Shown here one piece after another: positions 18,092 through 27,620 of a stretch of DNA of 64,000 nt (within the stretch, counting starts at the first letter, position 1; each line of letters starts with the position of its first letter). The position numbers were made by a program, and so were the translations under genes. The stretch is from Burkholderiales bacterium. Lineage in GTDB: Bacteria > Pseudomonadota > Gammaproteobacteria > Burkholderiales > SG8-41. The DNA is taken from assembly GCA_035649495.1 (NCBI GenBank), contig DASRJL010000014.1:138-64137 (forward strand), written 5' to 3'. The notes under the pieces were generated by a model that did not search any database, was not told the origin of the DNA, and saw nothing but the letters and a program-made list of their open reading frames with translations.

Positions 18092-18361
18092 AGAACCTGT
18101 TTCATAACCAGGCACGTGTGCGACGGAGGCGAGGTGGGATGCAGGTCGAGGAGGAGAGCCCGAAGCAATATGTCGATATTGCGAGGGCTCCCGACAAAGA
18201 GATGCGCCCAGATCGCCCCGTCCCCTCCGGGGTTGCGGCCAGGACGGTCGTCTGCATCGTTGCCCTCCTTGACCATATCGACATATGGCCTTCGTCGGGC
18301 GCCTTGCATACGGTCCGTCCTGGCCGCAACGCATCACGCGCCTGGTTATGAAACAGGTTCT
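18092..18361. mobile_element. MITE-like 270-bp element, copy 1
   Basis: Terminal inverted repeats AGAACCTGTTTCATAACCAGGC ... GCCTGGTTATGAAACAGGTTCT. An internal imperfect palindrome includes ATATGTCGATAT/ATATCGACATAT. A near-identical copy lies at 28932..29201. Confidence 0.65.
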
Positions 18362-19355
18362 AATCTCGCAGCGGATCGTCACCGAGTTTGCGCCGCGCCT
18401 CCATGGAATTCTGGCCGCTGCACCGCGCCCGGTCGAGATTCTACCGTTCACGAAGGATCTCGGCGTCGCTCCCGGGGACCTGCCGGCCATAGAGGCCGCG
18501 TACTACTCGCGCGACATCTGGGAAGGCACGGTAAAGAACGACCTGACCCCGGCAGCCCGGGCGTTCTGGGACATCGCGGATCGCGCGCCCAACCTGAAGT
18601 GGCTTGCCGTCTATTCCGCCGGCACCGATCAGCAGCGCTACCAGGACGCCATGAAGCGCGGCATCCGTCTCACTACGAGTGCCGGAGCGCAGGCGGAGTC
18701 GGTAGGACTTGCCGCCATAGCAGGAATACTGGCGCTGGGCCGCAGGCTGCCGCACTGGCTGTCCTCCCAGCATGCGGCGGCGTGGGCGCCGCTGCGCGGC
18801 AAGGACATTCCGCCCGACATGCCGGGACAGACTGCGGTCATCGTAGGCACCGGCCACATCGGCAAGGTCGTGGCGCGCGTGCTCCACGCGATGGGTATGA
18901 AGACGATCGGGATCCGGCGCAGCCGGGCGCCCATGGCGCATTTCGACCGGGTGCTGCCTCTCTCCGAGCTGGATACGGTGCTGCCCGCCTGCGACTGGCT
19001 CGTGCTCGCCGCCCCGCTCGTCCCGGAAACGCGCGACCTGATGGACAAGCGGCGCCTCGCGCTCCTGCCCCCGACCGCCGGATTGGCGAACGTCGCGCGC
19101 GGTGAACTGATCGACGAGCCGGCGCTGGCGGAGGCGCTCGCGGCAGGACGCCTGCGCTGCGCCTACCTCGACGTGTTCACGGTCGAGCCGCTGCCCCCGG
19201 AATCTCCGTTCTGGCGGCTGCCCAACGTGCTCATCTCGCCGCACAACGCGGGCGCTTCGACGGGCACCTACGGCCGCGGCGTGGAGATCTTTCTGCGCAA
19301 TCTCGAGAACTACCTCGCGGCACGGCCGCTGGAGAACGAGGCATCTCCGGACTGA
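18348..19355 (+). CDS. D-isomer-specific 2-hydroxyacid dehydrogenase family protein
   Basis: NAD-binding GTGHIGKVVARVL, and C-terminal RLPNVLISPHNAG. Start taken at ATG 18348 (MKQVLISQ...), which lies inside the right terminal repeat of the MITE-like element. Confidence 0.85.
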   Translation: MKQVLISQRIVTEFAPRLHGILAAAPRPVEILPFTKDLGVAPGDLPAIEAAYYSRDIWEGTVKNDLTPAARAFWDIADRAPNLKWLAVYSAGTDQQRYQDAMKRGIRLTTSAGAQAESVGLAAIAGILALGRRLPHWLSSQHAAAWAPLRGKDIPPDMPGQTAVIVGTGHIGKVVARVLHAMGMKTIGIRRSRAPMAHFDRVLPLSELDTVLPACDWLVLAAPLVPETRDLMDKRRLALLPPTAGLANVARGELIDEPALAEALAAGRLRCAYLDVFTVEPLPPESPFWRLPNVLISPHNAGASTGTYGRGVEIFLRNLENYLAARPLENEASPD

Positions 19356-19360
19356 ACGGC

Positions 19361-19395
19361 GTGATCAGCGATTGGTGATTTGCGATTGGACTCAC
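19361..19395. repeat. tandem heptamer array (GTGATTG type)
   Basis: GTGATCA GCGATTG GTGATTT GCGATTG GACTCAC, at the boundary of the lower-GC patch. Confidence 0.6.
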
Positions 19396-19399
19396 CTTA

Positions 19400-20581
19400 T
19401 TAAGAATTAACATGGGAACCTGGTCGTTCCCGCCTGTATATGGTGATACTGGATTGCTTACGGGGCGTCCTGATATCAAACACAATATCTTCATCGCGCG
19501 TTGTTTGCAGCGGACCGAATTGTGTGATTGCCAATATAGAACCATCCGGGGAAACGGCAATTCCGTGAGGAAAGCGAAGATGCGAAACCGGATTTTCAAG
19601 AATACGGCAAGGAGCCGCCTGAGTGATTCTATTAGCAACCTTATCAAAGGGATAAACCGTTACTCTGTCCGCCTCGCTATTTGACACGATCAAGAAATCT
19701 CCTTCACGAGACATTTTAATGTCTTCCGGCCTGAACAACCCTGTTATTTCTCCTTTAACTATTTGTCTCGGTGTCGATTGTATACTTCCCATTTCCAGAT
19801 CCAAATTGTAAATTTGAATGCTGTTCACATCCGAGAATGTCACCAGCAGACAACTCTCGTCCGGGGAAAAAGTAATTCCCTTGGGTATGCCCGGCAGTTC
19901 TTCTTCGTCGATAAGACTTAGGTGTTCGAGTATCGTTTCTTCTGAATTAAAACTAAAGAGGGCGACCCCCTTTTTTTGTCGCGCTGCGGCACCAAATGCA
20001 ATAGCCATAAATTTGCCGGATGGGGACATATCCATTCCGTGAGGCTTGTAAGCAGCCAGCACTTCTGGAAAATCAATGCAAGCGACAGGATCCCGTGAAT
20101 ACAACCCGTTTTCCGTACGCCGATAGATTGTAAGCGTCGCATTATTCCAGTTTGAAACGATGATCTTATTACCATCACCAGAGAAAACGGCATGCTGAGG
20201 CCCCCTAAGCCGCGCTCTTGGATTCTTAAGCACTTGAACAGTCCGGATTTTTCCTGCAGGGTCTATTCTAAAAATAGCCACTTTATGGGCCGTCGTGAAT
20301 GTCGCGCAAAACATTAATTCATGAGGATGAAACGCGACACTATTAATCAGACTATAAGCACGACAAGGATTCGCGATGCTATCAAAGGGCGTAGGGTCGT
20401 AAAACGCTGCAAAATGACCTCCTTTTTCAGACTCCACGTTCGCCGACGGGCGCATCCACCCCTCACTCTTTTGCAGCGATATTGACTTCGCCATCCCATT
20501 TGGTTCGATCTGCCACTCCTCCTTCCGCAGATAGCTGACCAGCTTCCAACCGATATGAAGCAGTCGGTTCTTGTCAATCAC
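19400..20581 (-). CDS. hypothetical beta-propeller-like protein
   Basis: Clearly lower-GC gene. Repeated blade-like segments (FSGDGNKIIVSN, MSPSGKFMAIAF, FSPDESCLLVTF, MSREGDFLIVSN, VSPDGSILAITQ). Confidence 0.6.
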   Translation of the reverse strand: MIDKNRLLHIGWKLVSYLRKEEWQIEPNGMAKSISLQKSEGWMRPSANVESEKGGHFAAFYDPTPFDSIANPCRAYSLINSVAFHPHELMFCATFTTAHKVAIFRIDPAGKIRTVQVLKNPRARLRGPQHAVFSGDGNKIIVSNWNNATLTIYRRTENGLYSRDPVACIDFPEVLAAYKPHGMDMSPSGKFMAIAFGAAARQKKGVALFSFNSEETILEHLSLIDEEELPGIPKGITFSPDESCLLVTFSDVNSIQIYNLDLEMGSIQSTPRQIVKGEITGLFRPEDIKMSREGDFLIVSNSEADRVTVYPFDKVANRITQAAPCRILENPVSHLRFPHGIAVSPDGSILAITQFGPLQTTRDEDIVFDIRTPRKQSSITIYRRERPGSHVNS

Positions 20582-20633
20582 GGTCTGCGACTCTCGCTGT
20601 CAACCGCAAAACCAAGCGTCGTCCTCCTGGGCC

Positions 20634-21638
20634 TCAAAACTGACGACCCATTGCTCGCCTTATGCGAAGCAGGAGCCACGAGAGACTCGGAATCCTCCGG
20701 ATTTTTCGCAAGATCCTGCTTGATAACAATGCATTGCGCTGAAAATGTCGGCCATCCATTCGTTCGAACGCGCTGTGGGGGACGATGTCATAGCGCTTCC
20801 TCATACGTGCAATTGCCTCCAGCGACTCGGACAAATTGTGCTCGACGTAGTCGATCATGGCCACCCAGGCAATATCGTTGCCAAGATGGAATGTGAGGCG
20901 CTCCTGGGTCATGCTCTTCGCACGATGCCCACTCCTTGCATCAAGTGCCATGAACAGCAGATAGTCGAAATGAGGCGCCCCGATGCAGCAGGTGCCCAGG
21001 TCAAGGTCTTGGACCAAGTTTTTGGGTATTACAAAGCAATCGTATCCAATCCCAAGAGGGCCGGAAGCCTCATACATTTGCTCCAATGAGCCTAGTGCAA
21101 GCGATGGGTCAATATTGCTGCGGTGCACAGTGAACGGGACGTCAGTTCCGAGTTTTCCGGTCACCAAATCGGCAAGCGCCAAATAGAAATCGGGTTTAAC
21201 CGAAATGTCCATGTTGCTGAAAATGACGTGCGACCCAAGGGAGCCTGAAGCGCCTGCGGTGAGCACATCCTCTATCAATGGAAACAGGCGCGGAGGCTTT
21301 AGTCGCTTGATATCCTGAATGGTGCGATTCAGGTAGGCGATCCTTCCTACCGGTTCTTCAACGGCACTCTCGTCTCCGGGCAGTATCACTGCGCAGCAAT
21401 CCACATCGAGGCCATGCGCGCGCGCGCGCGCGTGAGCTATTCTCAGGGTTTGCCATGTCACTCGGCTTGCAATCCAATGCCCAGAGTCGACCTTGGCACG
21501 AAAAGGATTCAGAATATGAGTAAAGGAGATGGGATAGGAATTTGAAACCACTGTTTTCACCGTTGCCGCCGCGAGGCTTAACGCCTCACGATCCAGAAGC
21601 TCGTCACCGCTCAGTTCAATCCACCGTGGTTCCGCCAT
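20634..21638 (-). CDS. hypothetical protein (334 aa)
   Basis: Lower-GC gene. Only a weak resemblance to GT-A nucleotide-sugar transferases (VIFSNMDISVKPDFY). Overlaps the 3' end of the upstream SDR gene by 23 nt. Confidence 0.55.
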   Translation of the reverse strand: MAEPRWIELSGDELLDREALSLAAATVKTVVSNSYPISFTHILNPFRAKVDSGHWIASRVTWQTLRIAHARARAHGLDVDCCAVILPGDESAVEEPVGRIAYLNRTIQDIKRLKPPRLFPLIEDVLTAGASGSLGSHVIFSNMDISVKPDFYLALADLVTGKLGTDVPFTVHRSNIDPSLALGSLEQMYEASGPLGIGYDCFVIPKNLVQDLDLGTCCIGAPHFDYLLFMALDARSGHRAKSMTQERLTFHLGNDIAWVAMIDYVEHNLSESLEAIARMRKRYDIVPHSAFERMDGRHFQRNALLSSRILRKIRRIPSLSWLLLRIRRAMGRQF

Positions 21639-22365
21639 CCACCACCAGCGTGTGCCCGGTCACGAAAGCGGCGCCGGGGCTCGCCAGATAGCAGACCGCC
21701 GCGGCGATTTCCTCCGCGGTGCCGAAGCGCCCCAGCGGTATCTTGCTCGTCACCAGCTTGCGCCGCACGGGATCCGCCAGCCCGGCGGCGCGGCTCGCCG
21801 TTTCCACCGTGCCCGGTGCCACGGCGTTCACACGTATGCCATGCTCCGCCCACTCCACCGCCAGCATCCTCGCCATGTGGGCGACCGCGGCCTTCGAGAT
21901 GCCATAGGCGGCGCGCTCCGCTATTCCGACCACGCCGAAAGTGGAGGCGATGTTGACGATCGAGCCCGGCCGCTTCGCGCTCACCAGGTGCCGCGCCACC
22001 TGCTGGCTCATGAAGAACGCGCCCGTCAGGTTGACGGACATTACGCCGTCCCACTCCTCGCGCGTCATGTCGAGCGCCATGCGCCGGAGCGGGACGCCCG
22101 CGTTGTTGACCAGCACGTCCACGCGGCCGAGGGTGTCGACGACGGCTGCCACGGCCCGCTCCACGTCGGGCTGGGAACGCACATCCAGCGCCAATGCCAG
22201 GCTGCGGCTGCCCGCAGCCTTGATTTTCCCTTCCGTCCCGGCGAGCGTTTCCGCGCGCAAATCCGTGACCGCCACGTCGCAGCCGTCGCGGGCGAGCCCC
22301 ACGGCGCAGGCCTGGCCGATGCCGTACGACGCGCCGGTGACGAGGGCGACTCTTTTCTCGCTCAT
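21616..22365 (-). CDS. SDR-family oxidoreductase (FabG-like)
   Basis: VALVTGASYGIGQA Rossmann motif, NNAG, and the YxxxK region (YGISKAAV). Confidence 0.9.
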   Translation of the reverse strand: MSEKRVALVTGASYGIGQACAVGLARDGCDVAVTDLRAETLAGTEGKIKAAGSRSLALALDVRSQPDVERAVAAVVDTLGRVDVLVNNAGVPLRRMALDMTREEWDGVMSVNLTGAFFMSQQVARHLVSAKRPGSIVNIASTFGVVGIAERAAYGISKAAVAHMARMLAVEWAEHGIRVNAVAPGTVETASRAAGLADPVRRKLVTSKIPLGRFGTAEEIAAAVCYLASPGAAFVTGHTLVVDGGTTVD

Positions 22366-22379
22366 ATCAGGGCAGTTGA

Positions 22380-22434
22380 ACAGGAGGAAACGGAGAAAAC
22401 AGAGCAGCCCTCTGTTAACTCTGTTACCTCCTGT
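22380..22434. repeat. imperfect hairpin built from short repeats
   Basis: ACAGGAGGAAACGGAGAAAACAGAG - CAGCCC - TCTGTTAACTCTGTTACCTCCTGT. Confidence 0.55.
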
Positions 22435-22460
22435 AAGGAATCTGTGTTCGGATTCTCAAT

Positions 22461-23492
22461 TCAACCAGCGGCGACGGTCTTGCCCTGCGTGACGCGTGCG
22501 GGCACGTGCGCGACGTGAGGCGCGATTTCCCGGGCAAAGAGCTCGAGCGTCTTGCGATTCGCTACGGCATTCGTCAGCAGTACGTACTCGACTCCGCGCG
22601 CGCCGAGCTCCTGCAGCTTTTCGACGATCTCCTCGGGCGTGCCGATCAACCCGGCATCGTCCGCCGCGATCATGTCGTCGTAGCTCGTCGGGCCGTCGCC
22701 GCCGGCCCGGCGCGCGATGTCGCCGATGCTCTTGAAGGTCTCCCGCCGCCGCTCGAGCGCTTTCCTGCGCTCCTCCTCGGTCGTGACCATGTTCAGGGCG
22801 CGCGTCACGCCCACGCGCGCCGCGTCCCGCGGATATCCCTTCGCGGAGAGCCCATCCAGATAGAGGCGTACGCGCTCTTGCACCTGGTCCAGGGTTGCGA
22901 GCTGATCGAGCAGCAGTCCGTAGTTCTGGCTCGAGACGTAGGCGATACCGCCCGGAGTTCCCGCGGCCATCCAGATCGGCGGATGGGGCTGCTGGCGCGG
23001 CGCGGGCTCGACCACGATGTCCTTGAAGTGCCAGCGCTTGCCGTGGTGCGAGAAACGCCCCTGCGTAGACCAGGCCTTCAACATGACTTCGAGGCACTCG
23101 CTGTAGCGCTCCTGAGCCTCCTCCATCGGGATGCAGAACTGCTCGAACTCGATCTTGCGGTAACCGCGGCCTACGCCGAGGTCCACCCGCCCGCCGGAGA
23201 GCACATCGAGCGTCGCTACCTGTTCGGCCAGAAGGACGGGGTTGTGCCAGGGCAGGACAACCACCGCCGTACCCAACCGGATTCGCGTGGTGCACGCCGC
23301 GAGATACGAGAGCAGATTGAGTGACGCCGAGAGCTGGCCGGCGCCCGTGAAATGGTGCTCGACCAGGAATATGCTCTCGTAACCCAGCTCCTCCGCGTCC
23401 CTGACGTAGGCAACGAAATCCTTGTAGTTGTAGCTGTCGCCCAGGGGGTTGTTGGGCCCGAGCCGGGCGCCACCGAACAGACCAAATTTCAT
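22461..23492 (-). CDS. LLM-class flavin-dependent oxidoreductase
   Basis: MKFGLFGG, FLVEHHFTG and DLGVGRGY motifs of the luciferase-like family. Confidence 0.85.
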   Translation of the reverse strand: MKFGLFGGARLGPNNPLGDSYNYKDFVAYVRDAEELGYESIFLVEHHFTGAGQLSASLNLLSYLAACTTRIRLGTAVVVLPWHNPVLLAEQVATLDVLSGGRVDLGVGRGYRKIEFEQFCIPMEEAQERYSECLEVMLKAWSTQGRFSHHGKRWHFKDIVVEPAPRQQPHPPIWMAAGTPGGIAYVSSQNYGLLLDQLATLDQVQERVRLYLDGLSAKGYPRDAARVGVTRALNMVTTEEERRKALERRRETFKSIGDIARRAGGDGPTSYDDMIAADDAGLIGTPEEIVEKLQELGARGVEYVLLTNAVANRKTLELFAREIAPHVAHVPARVTQGKTVAAG

Positions 23493-23608
23493 GAACGCTC
23501 CACCGGATTCACTTCAGTCGCGACATTCTACCTATTAATAGTCGGTAATGACTGCAGCACTATAGTGCGAGCACACACGGGACCGCTCTGCTGCTACGGT
23601 CATCCCGG

Positions 23609-23815
23609 GCCCTGATTCAACGCATCAAGTGTTGTGAATCACGGATCCCAGGTCCGACGCGTTCTCCGGCAACGATTGGCGACCGTGCGTATCGTTACCA
23701 TCCGATGACCTGAAATTGATGGCACTGATATGTTGCGCCACCGAAACTGGAGGCCATTCTGGGACTCGTCGATGCTCGAAGGCATGGTAAGGAATCGGAT
23801 CAGCGGACTCACTTC
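23609..23815 (-). repeat. paralogous intergenic element family C, copy 2
   Basis: See 14081..14282. Same orientation relative to the flanking operon. Confidence 0.6.
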
Positions 23816-23836
23816 ATTATTGAAATGGATTGTCGT

Positions 23837-24919
23837 TTAGGGAACCACATCCTCTGTAAACCATTCCGTCGGTACCTCCCTTCCGCGGCCGGCTGCGAGC
23901 GCCTTGCGGTAGAACGCAGCGCCGGCCGCGGCGAACTGCAGGCCGGTGCCCGGAAGATTGACGAAGCAGGTCCTCTGCCCCGCGGCGCTGCGGCCGCGCG
24001 CGCTGCCCGCGACGAGTTGCGCCAGGCTGGGAACGCGGGAGACATCCAGTCCCGCGATGACATGACGGTCTTTCGGCACGGCGGCGCCGCGGGTGGCCGC
24101 GGCATTCGCCGGCACCCCACGGTCGTGGACCGCGACCACGTCGGCCGCGCTCACCACGCCCGGATCGAGCTCCGGACCACGTATGGTGCAGACGTGCATG
24201 CCCGGCGCGAGCCACTCCGGCATGAAGACGTGCCGCACTGCGTTGGTCGCGCACAATACAATGTCCGCGCCGCGCACCGCTTCCTCGGGGGAAGATACCC
24301 CGCGCATCGCGACACCGGTCCGGTCCTGCATCTCCCGGCAGAACGCTTCGCGTTTGTCCGCCGTCGGGCTGTAGCAGCGGATGGCGTCGAGCTTGCGCAT
24401 CGCCGCGATCGCCCGCACGTGGCCGGCGGCCTGCGCGCCCGCGCCCAGCACCGCGACCGTGCGCGCGTCCTCGCGTGCGAGGTAGCGGGCGGCGATCGCG
24501 GAAGTGGCGCCGACTCGCATCAGCTGCAGCACGCCGTCGGGAAAGATCGCCAGCGGCTCGCCCGTTTCCGTGCTGAACAGCAGCACCAGTCCCGTGTAGC
24601 GCCCGCCCGGGGCGAGGGGCAGTTTCTTCTGGCGCTGGTTGGCGAACGAGATGATGTCGGAATTCAGGCGCACCACGCCCACCCCGAGACTGCGGACAAC
24701 GGCGCCCATCAGCTTCAGCGCGTAGACCGTGTCGGGCCGCCCGGCCTGCGTGACGGCGTCGGAGCGCGCGGCGTTCACCGCCTCGTCGTTCGCCTGCTCG
24801 CGGTAGGCCTCTTCGAGCGCGGCGATGCAGTCCGGCATCGTCAGCAGCTCCCCGGCGTCCTCGTTGGAAAGTATCAGCATGACCGCCGTTGAGGATACTC
24901 CGGTGGAATGCTTTGGCAA
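23837..24919 (-). CDS. ornithine cyclodeaminase/mu-crystallin family protein
   Basis: VAVLGAGAQAAGHVRA NAD-binding segment and overall family pattern. Confidence 0.85.
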   Translation of the reverse strand: MPKHSTGVSSTAVMLILSNEDAGELLTMPDCIAALEEAYREQANDEAVNAARSDAVTQAGRPDTVYALKLMGAVVRSLGVGVVRLNSDIISFANQRQKKLPLAPGGRYTGLVLLFSTETGEPLAIFPDGVLQLMRVGATSAIAARYLAREDARTVAVLGAGAQAAGHVRAIAAMRKLDAIRCYSPTADKREAFCREMQDRTGVAMRGVSSPEEAVRGADIVLCATNAVRHVFMPEWLAPGMHVCTIRGPELDPGVVSAADVVAVHDRGVPANAAATRGAAVPKDRHVIAGLDVSRVPSLAQLVAGSARGRSAAGQRTCFVNLPGTGLQFAAAGAAFYRKALAAGRGREVPTEWFTEDVVP

Positions 24920-25184
24920 TGTTTTGTGATCATCAGGGAACCGGTATGCCGGCGCCTGCGGGCAACATGAGAGCCCAGCGATGCATCGAAGATGGAACCC
25001 ATTCCGGAGCTCGTGGATGCCCCGGAGCGCCGTAAGAAATCAGGATCCAGAAATCAGCGCTTGGGGGGATTCTGAGCGTGAGCCGCAGGCGTGGGTTGCG
25101 TCCCCGGGGTCGGCGCCATGCAGACGGGAATCACGGTCTGGCGCTGCGGTTTTGCGATGTGCGCGCTGAAGCTTCGGACGGGGC

Positions 25185-27620
25185 TCATGGCTTCCTCAGT
25201 CGTATCGCCAGCACCGCCTGGCTGCGCAGGGTCTTCAACAAAGCCAGTTCTTCCGGCGCGAACCGTAGTTTATCGGAATCCATGGCATCGGCGTAGATCA
25301 GCGCGACCACCTTGCCGTTGACGTTGATCGGAAACAGCAGGAACCCTCGCGCGTTGAACGCCTTGCGGTACCACGCGGGAACGTGCGCCTTGATGGACGG
25401 GGCGTCGATGTCGTCGACCAGGATATCGGCAGCGTGGCCGACGGCCGCGTAGAACACGTCCGGGCTCTTCTCGATGGCGATCGAGTAGCCGCGGGCGACG
25501 AGCTTTTCCATGCCCTCGCCGATGCCGGAGCGGCTTCTCATGACCGGCTCGCGGGGCTCGCGCACCAGCAGCAGGACGTGCTGGAAACCCATGGCGCGGT
25601 ACATCGTTTCCAGGATGATGCGCAGGACGTCGTTGAGGTTGTATTCGCCGGAGAGGGTCTGGGTGATGTCCTGCACGCCGGCGGTCAACACGGCGTTACG
25701 ATTCACCGTCTGGCCGGCGGCGGCCGGTGCGGCTGCAGCCACCGGGCACGCCGCTTCGATCACCGTCTGCTCGATCACCGGCGCCGGGAGGGTCGCATTC
25801 AGGTTGGACGGGCTATCGGCCGCCGGCTCGCGCGCTTGCCCGGCCTGCACCACCTGCAGCGCCTGCAGCGATCCCAGCAGCGGACCGCCGAGCGGAGGCA
25901 AATTGAGGACGCGGGACTCCTTCATGAATTTCTCGGCCGCGCCCTGCACGAGGTGGGTCAACTGCTCGCGCCCGACCCCGAGGGCTCCTTCGTAGCGCGC
26001 GGCCAGCGCGGCCAGCGTGTGCGGCAGGTTCTGCGGATCGGCGTTCAAACCGGCGCTCAACTCGGTCGCGAAGGCGGCGAGAAGCCGCTGCCGCTCCGGT
26101 TCCTGCGCGGGCTTCTCCGAAGGCGGCTCCGAGACCGGCTTCATGCTGCCGACGATGCAGTCGGGGAAATTCCAGTAGCGGGCCACCGCGATGCCCAGTT
26201 CGGCGTAGCTCACGCCCAGCACCTCGGTCGAGGCGGCGGATTCGGCCTCCCCGCGAGATTGGGTCCGAAGCCGGATCTCGGCGGCTTCTTCGGGCAGATA
26301 GAACACTGCGAGCATGCGCCCCAGGGCGTGAAACATGGCGCACACCGCGGCTTCCTCGATGCTGCGCACGCCCGCCGCGGCCGCCAGCTCGCGCGCCACG
26401 ATGCCGCTGAAGTACGAGCCCACTATCTCTCCGCGCAGCGCCACCGCCTGCGCCTTGTTGCCGAGATGCTCGAGCAGCATCAGGGACAACGCCGCGCCGC
26501 GCACGCCGTCGTAACCCAGAATGGCGACGGCGCGCGAGATCGTGCTGACCGTCCCGCCGCAGCGTGCGTAGGCGGGGCTGTTCACGAGCTTGATCAGCTT
26601 GCTGGTGAGCGCAGGGTCGCGCAATATGCCGTTGCACAGCACGCTCACCCGCTCGCTGTCCGATTCCACCGTCTTGTTGACGGTCTTTATCGTTTCCGAC
26701 AGCGCGGGGAAGTCGCTCTTGTAGCGCATCCGGCGGAGCAGAAACTCGACGGTGCCGGCCTTCCCCTCCGGCGCGCCGGAAACCTCGATCGGCTCGGGAT
26801 CGAGAAAGCGCGAGAGGGCCTGGGCCATGGAAGCCGCGTCGGGATAGCGCTCTTTGCGGTCCTTGGCGAGCGCACGCAGCACGATCTGATCGAGCCGCCC
26901 GTCCACTTCGGAATTGCGCGCGGACGGCGGCGGGGGAGCCTTGTGCACGATGTCGTGCATGAGGTGCGCGAGCGCCACCGTCTCGAACATGTGGCCGCCG
27001 GTCAGCATCTCGTAGAGCATCACGCCGATGGCGTAGACGTCGAGCTGCGGCGAGACGAGCTGCTGCTCCACGTATTCCGGCGCCATGTAGCGGGGCGTGC
27101 CCTGGAACCCCTCCTCTATCGCGTGCGCGCCCTTCAGCGTGCAGGCGATGCCGAAATCGGTCACGCGGGGCACGTTGGCGCCGTCGAGCAGGACGTTGGC
27201 GGGCTTCAGGTCGCGGTGAACGATGCCGCGCTGGTGCGCGTAGCCCACGCCCATCAATACCGCGATGGCGATCTCCACCGCGCGGACGACGGGCAGCCGC
27301 CCTTCGCCGCGGATGCGCTCGGCGAGCGAGGCGCCCTCGACGTATTCAAACACGAGGAACGGCGTGCCCGCGTCCTCGTCGGCGTCATAGAGCGGAACGA
27401 TGTTCGGATGGACGAGCCGGGAGACGGTGCGCGCCTCATCGAGCAGCGTGCGCACCAGCACGTCGCGCTCCGCGCTGGGCGCAACGGTAATGGTCTTGAT
27501 CGCGACGTCGCGGTCGAGGCGCGGGTCGTGGGCGAGATAGACCGCGCCCTGGGCGCCCGCGCCCAGCACTTTCGTCACCTCGAAGCGCGCGATGCGCTTG
27601 ACCGGCGCAACCTGCTGCAT
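25185..27620 (-). CDS. Ser/Thr protein kinase with HDOD and GAF domains
   Basis: Start at ATG 27620 (MQQVAPVKR...). Kinase motifs GAGAQGAVY, VAIK, HRDLKPANVLL, DFG and APE. The middle region is HDOD-like (LIKLVNSPAY...ISRAVAILG). The C-terminal region is GAF-like. Confidence 0.85.
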   Translation of the reverse strand: MQQVAPVKRIARFEVTKVLGAGAQGAVYLAHDPRLDRDVAIKTITVAPSAERDVLVRTLLDEARTVSRLVHPNIVPLYDADEDAGTPFLVFEYVEGASLAERIRGEGRLPVVRAVEIAIAVLMGVGYAHQRGIVHRDLKPANVLLDGANVPRVTDFGIACTLKGAHAIEEGFQGTPRYMAPEYVEQQLVSPQLDVYAIGVMLYEMLTGGHMFETVALAHLMHDIVHKAPPPPSARNSEVDGRLDQIVLRALAKDRKERYPDAASMAQALSRFLDPEPIEVSGAPEGKAGTVEFLLRRMRYKSDFPALSETIKTVNKTVESDSERVSVLCNGILRDPALTSKLIKLVNSPAYARCGGTVSTISRAVAILGYDGVRGAALSLMLLEHLGNKAQAVALRGEIVGSYFSGIVARELAAAAGVRSIEEAAVCAMFHALGRMLAVFYLPEEAAEIRLRTQSRGEAESAASTEVLGVSYAELGIAVARYWNFPDCIVGSMKPVSEPPSEKPAQEPERQRLLAAFATELSAGLNADPQNLPHTLAALAARYEGALGVGREQLTHLVQGAAEKFMKESRVLNLPPLGGPLLGSLQALQVVQAGQAREPAADSPSNLNATLPAPVIEQTVIEAACPVAAAAPAAAGQTVNRNAVLTAGVQDITQTLSGEYNLNDVLRIILETMYRAMGFQHVLLLVREPREPVMRSRSGIGEGMEKLVARGYSIAIEKSPDVFYAAVGHAADILVDDIDAPSIKAHVPAWYRKAFNARGFLLFPINVNGKVVALIYADAMDSDKLRFAPEELALLKTLRSQAVLAIRLRKP

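Noticed and set aside
18118-18351. 77-aa ORFs inside both MITE-like copies (also 28958..29191).
   Set aside because: All differences between the two copies are non-synonymous, the composition is Arg/Pro-rich, and the ORF spans a palindrome. The element is therefore non-coding repeat sequence.
21616-21638. The 23-nt overlap between the SDR stop and the start of the 334-aa ORF, considered as a programmed frameshift or fusion.
   Set aside because: There is no slippery heptamer, and both proteins appear complete. The more likely explanation is an imprecise start call for the downstream gene.
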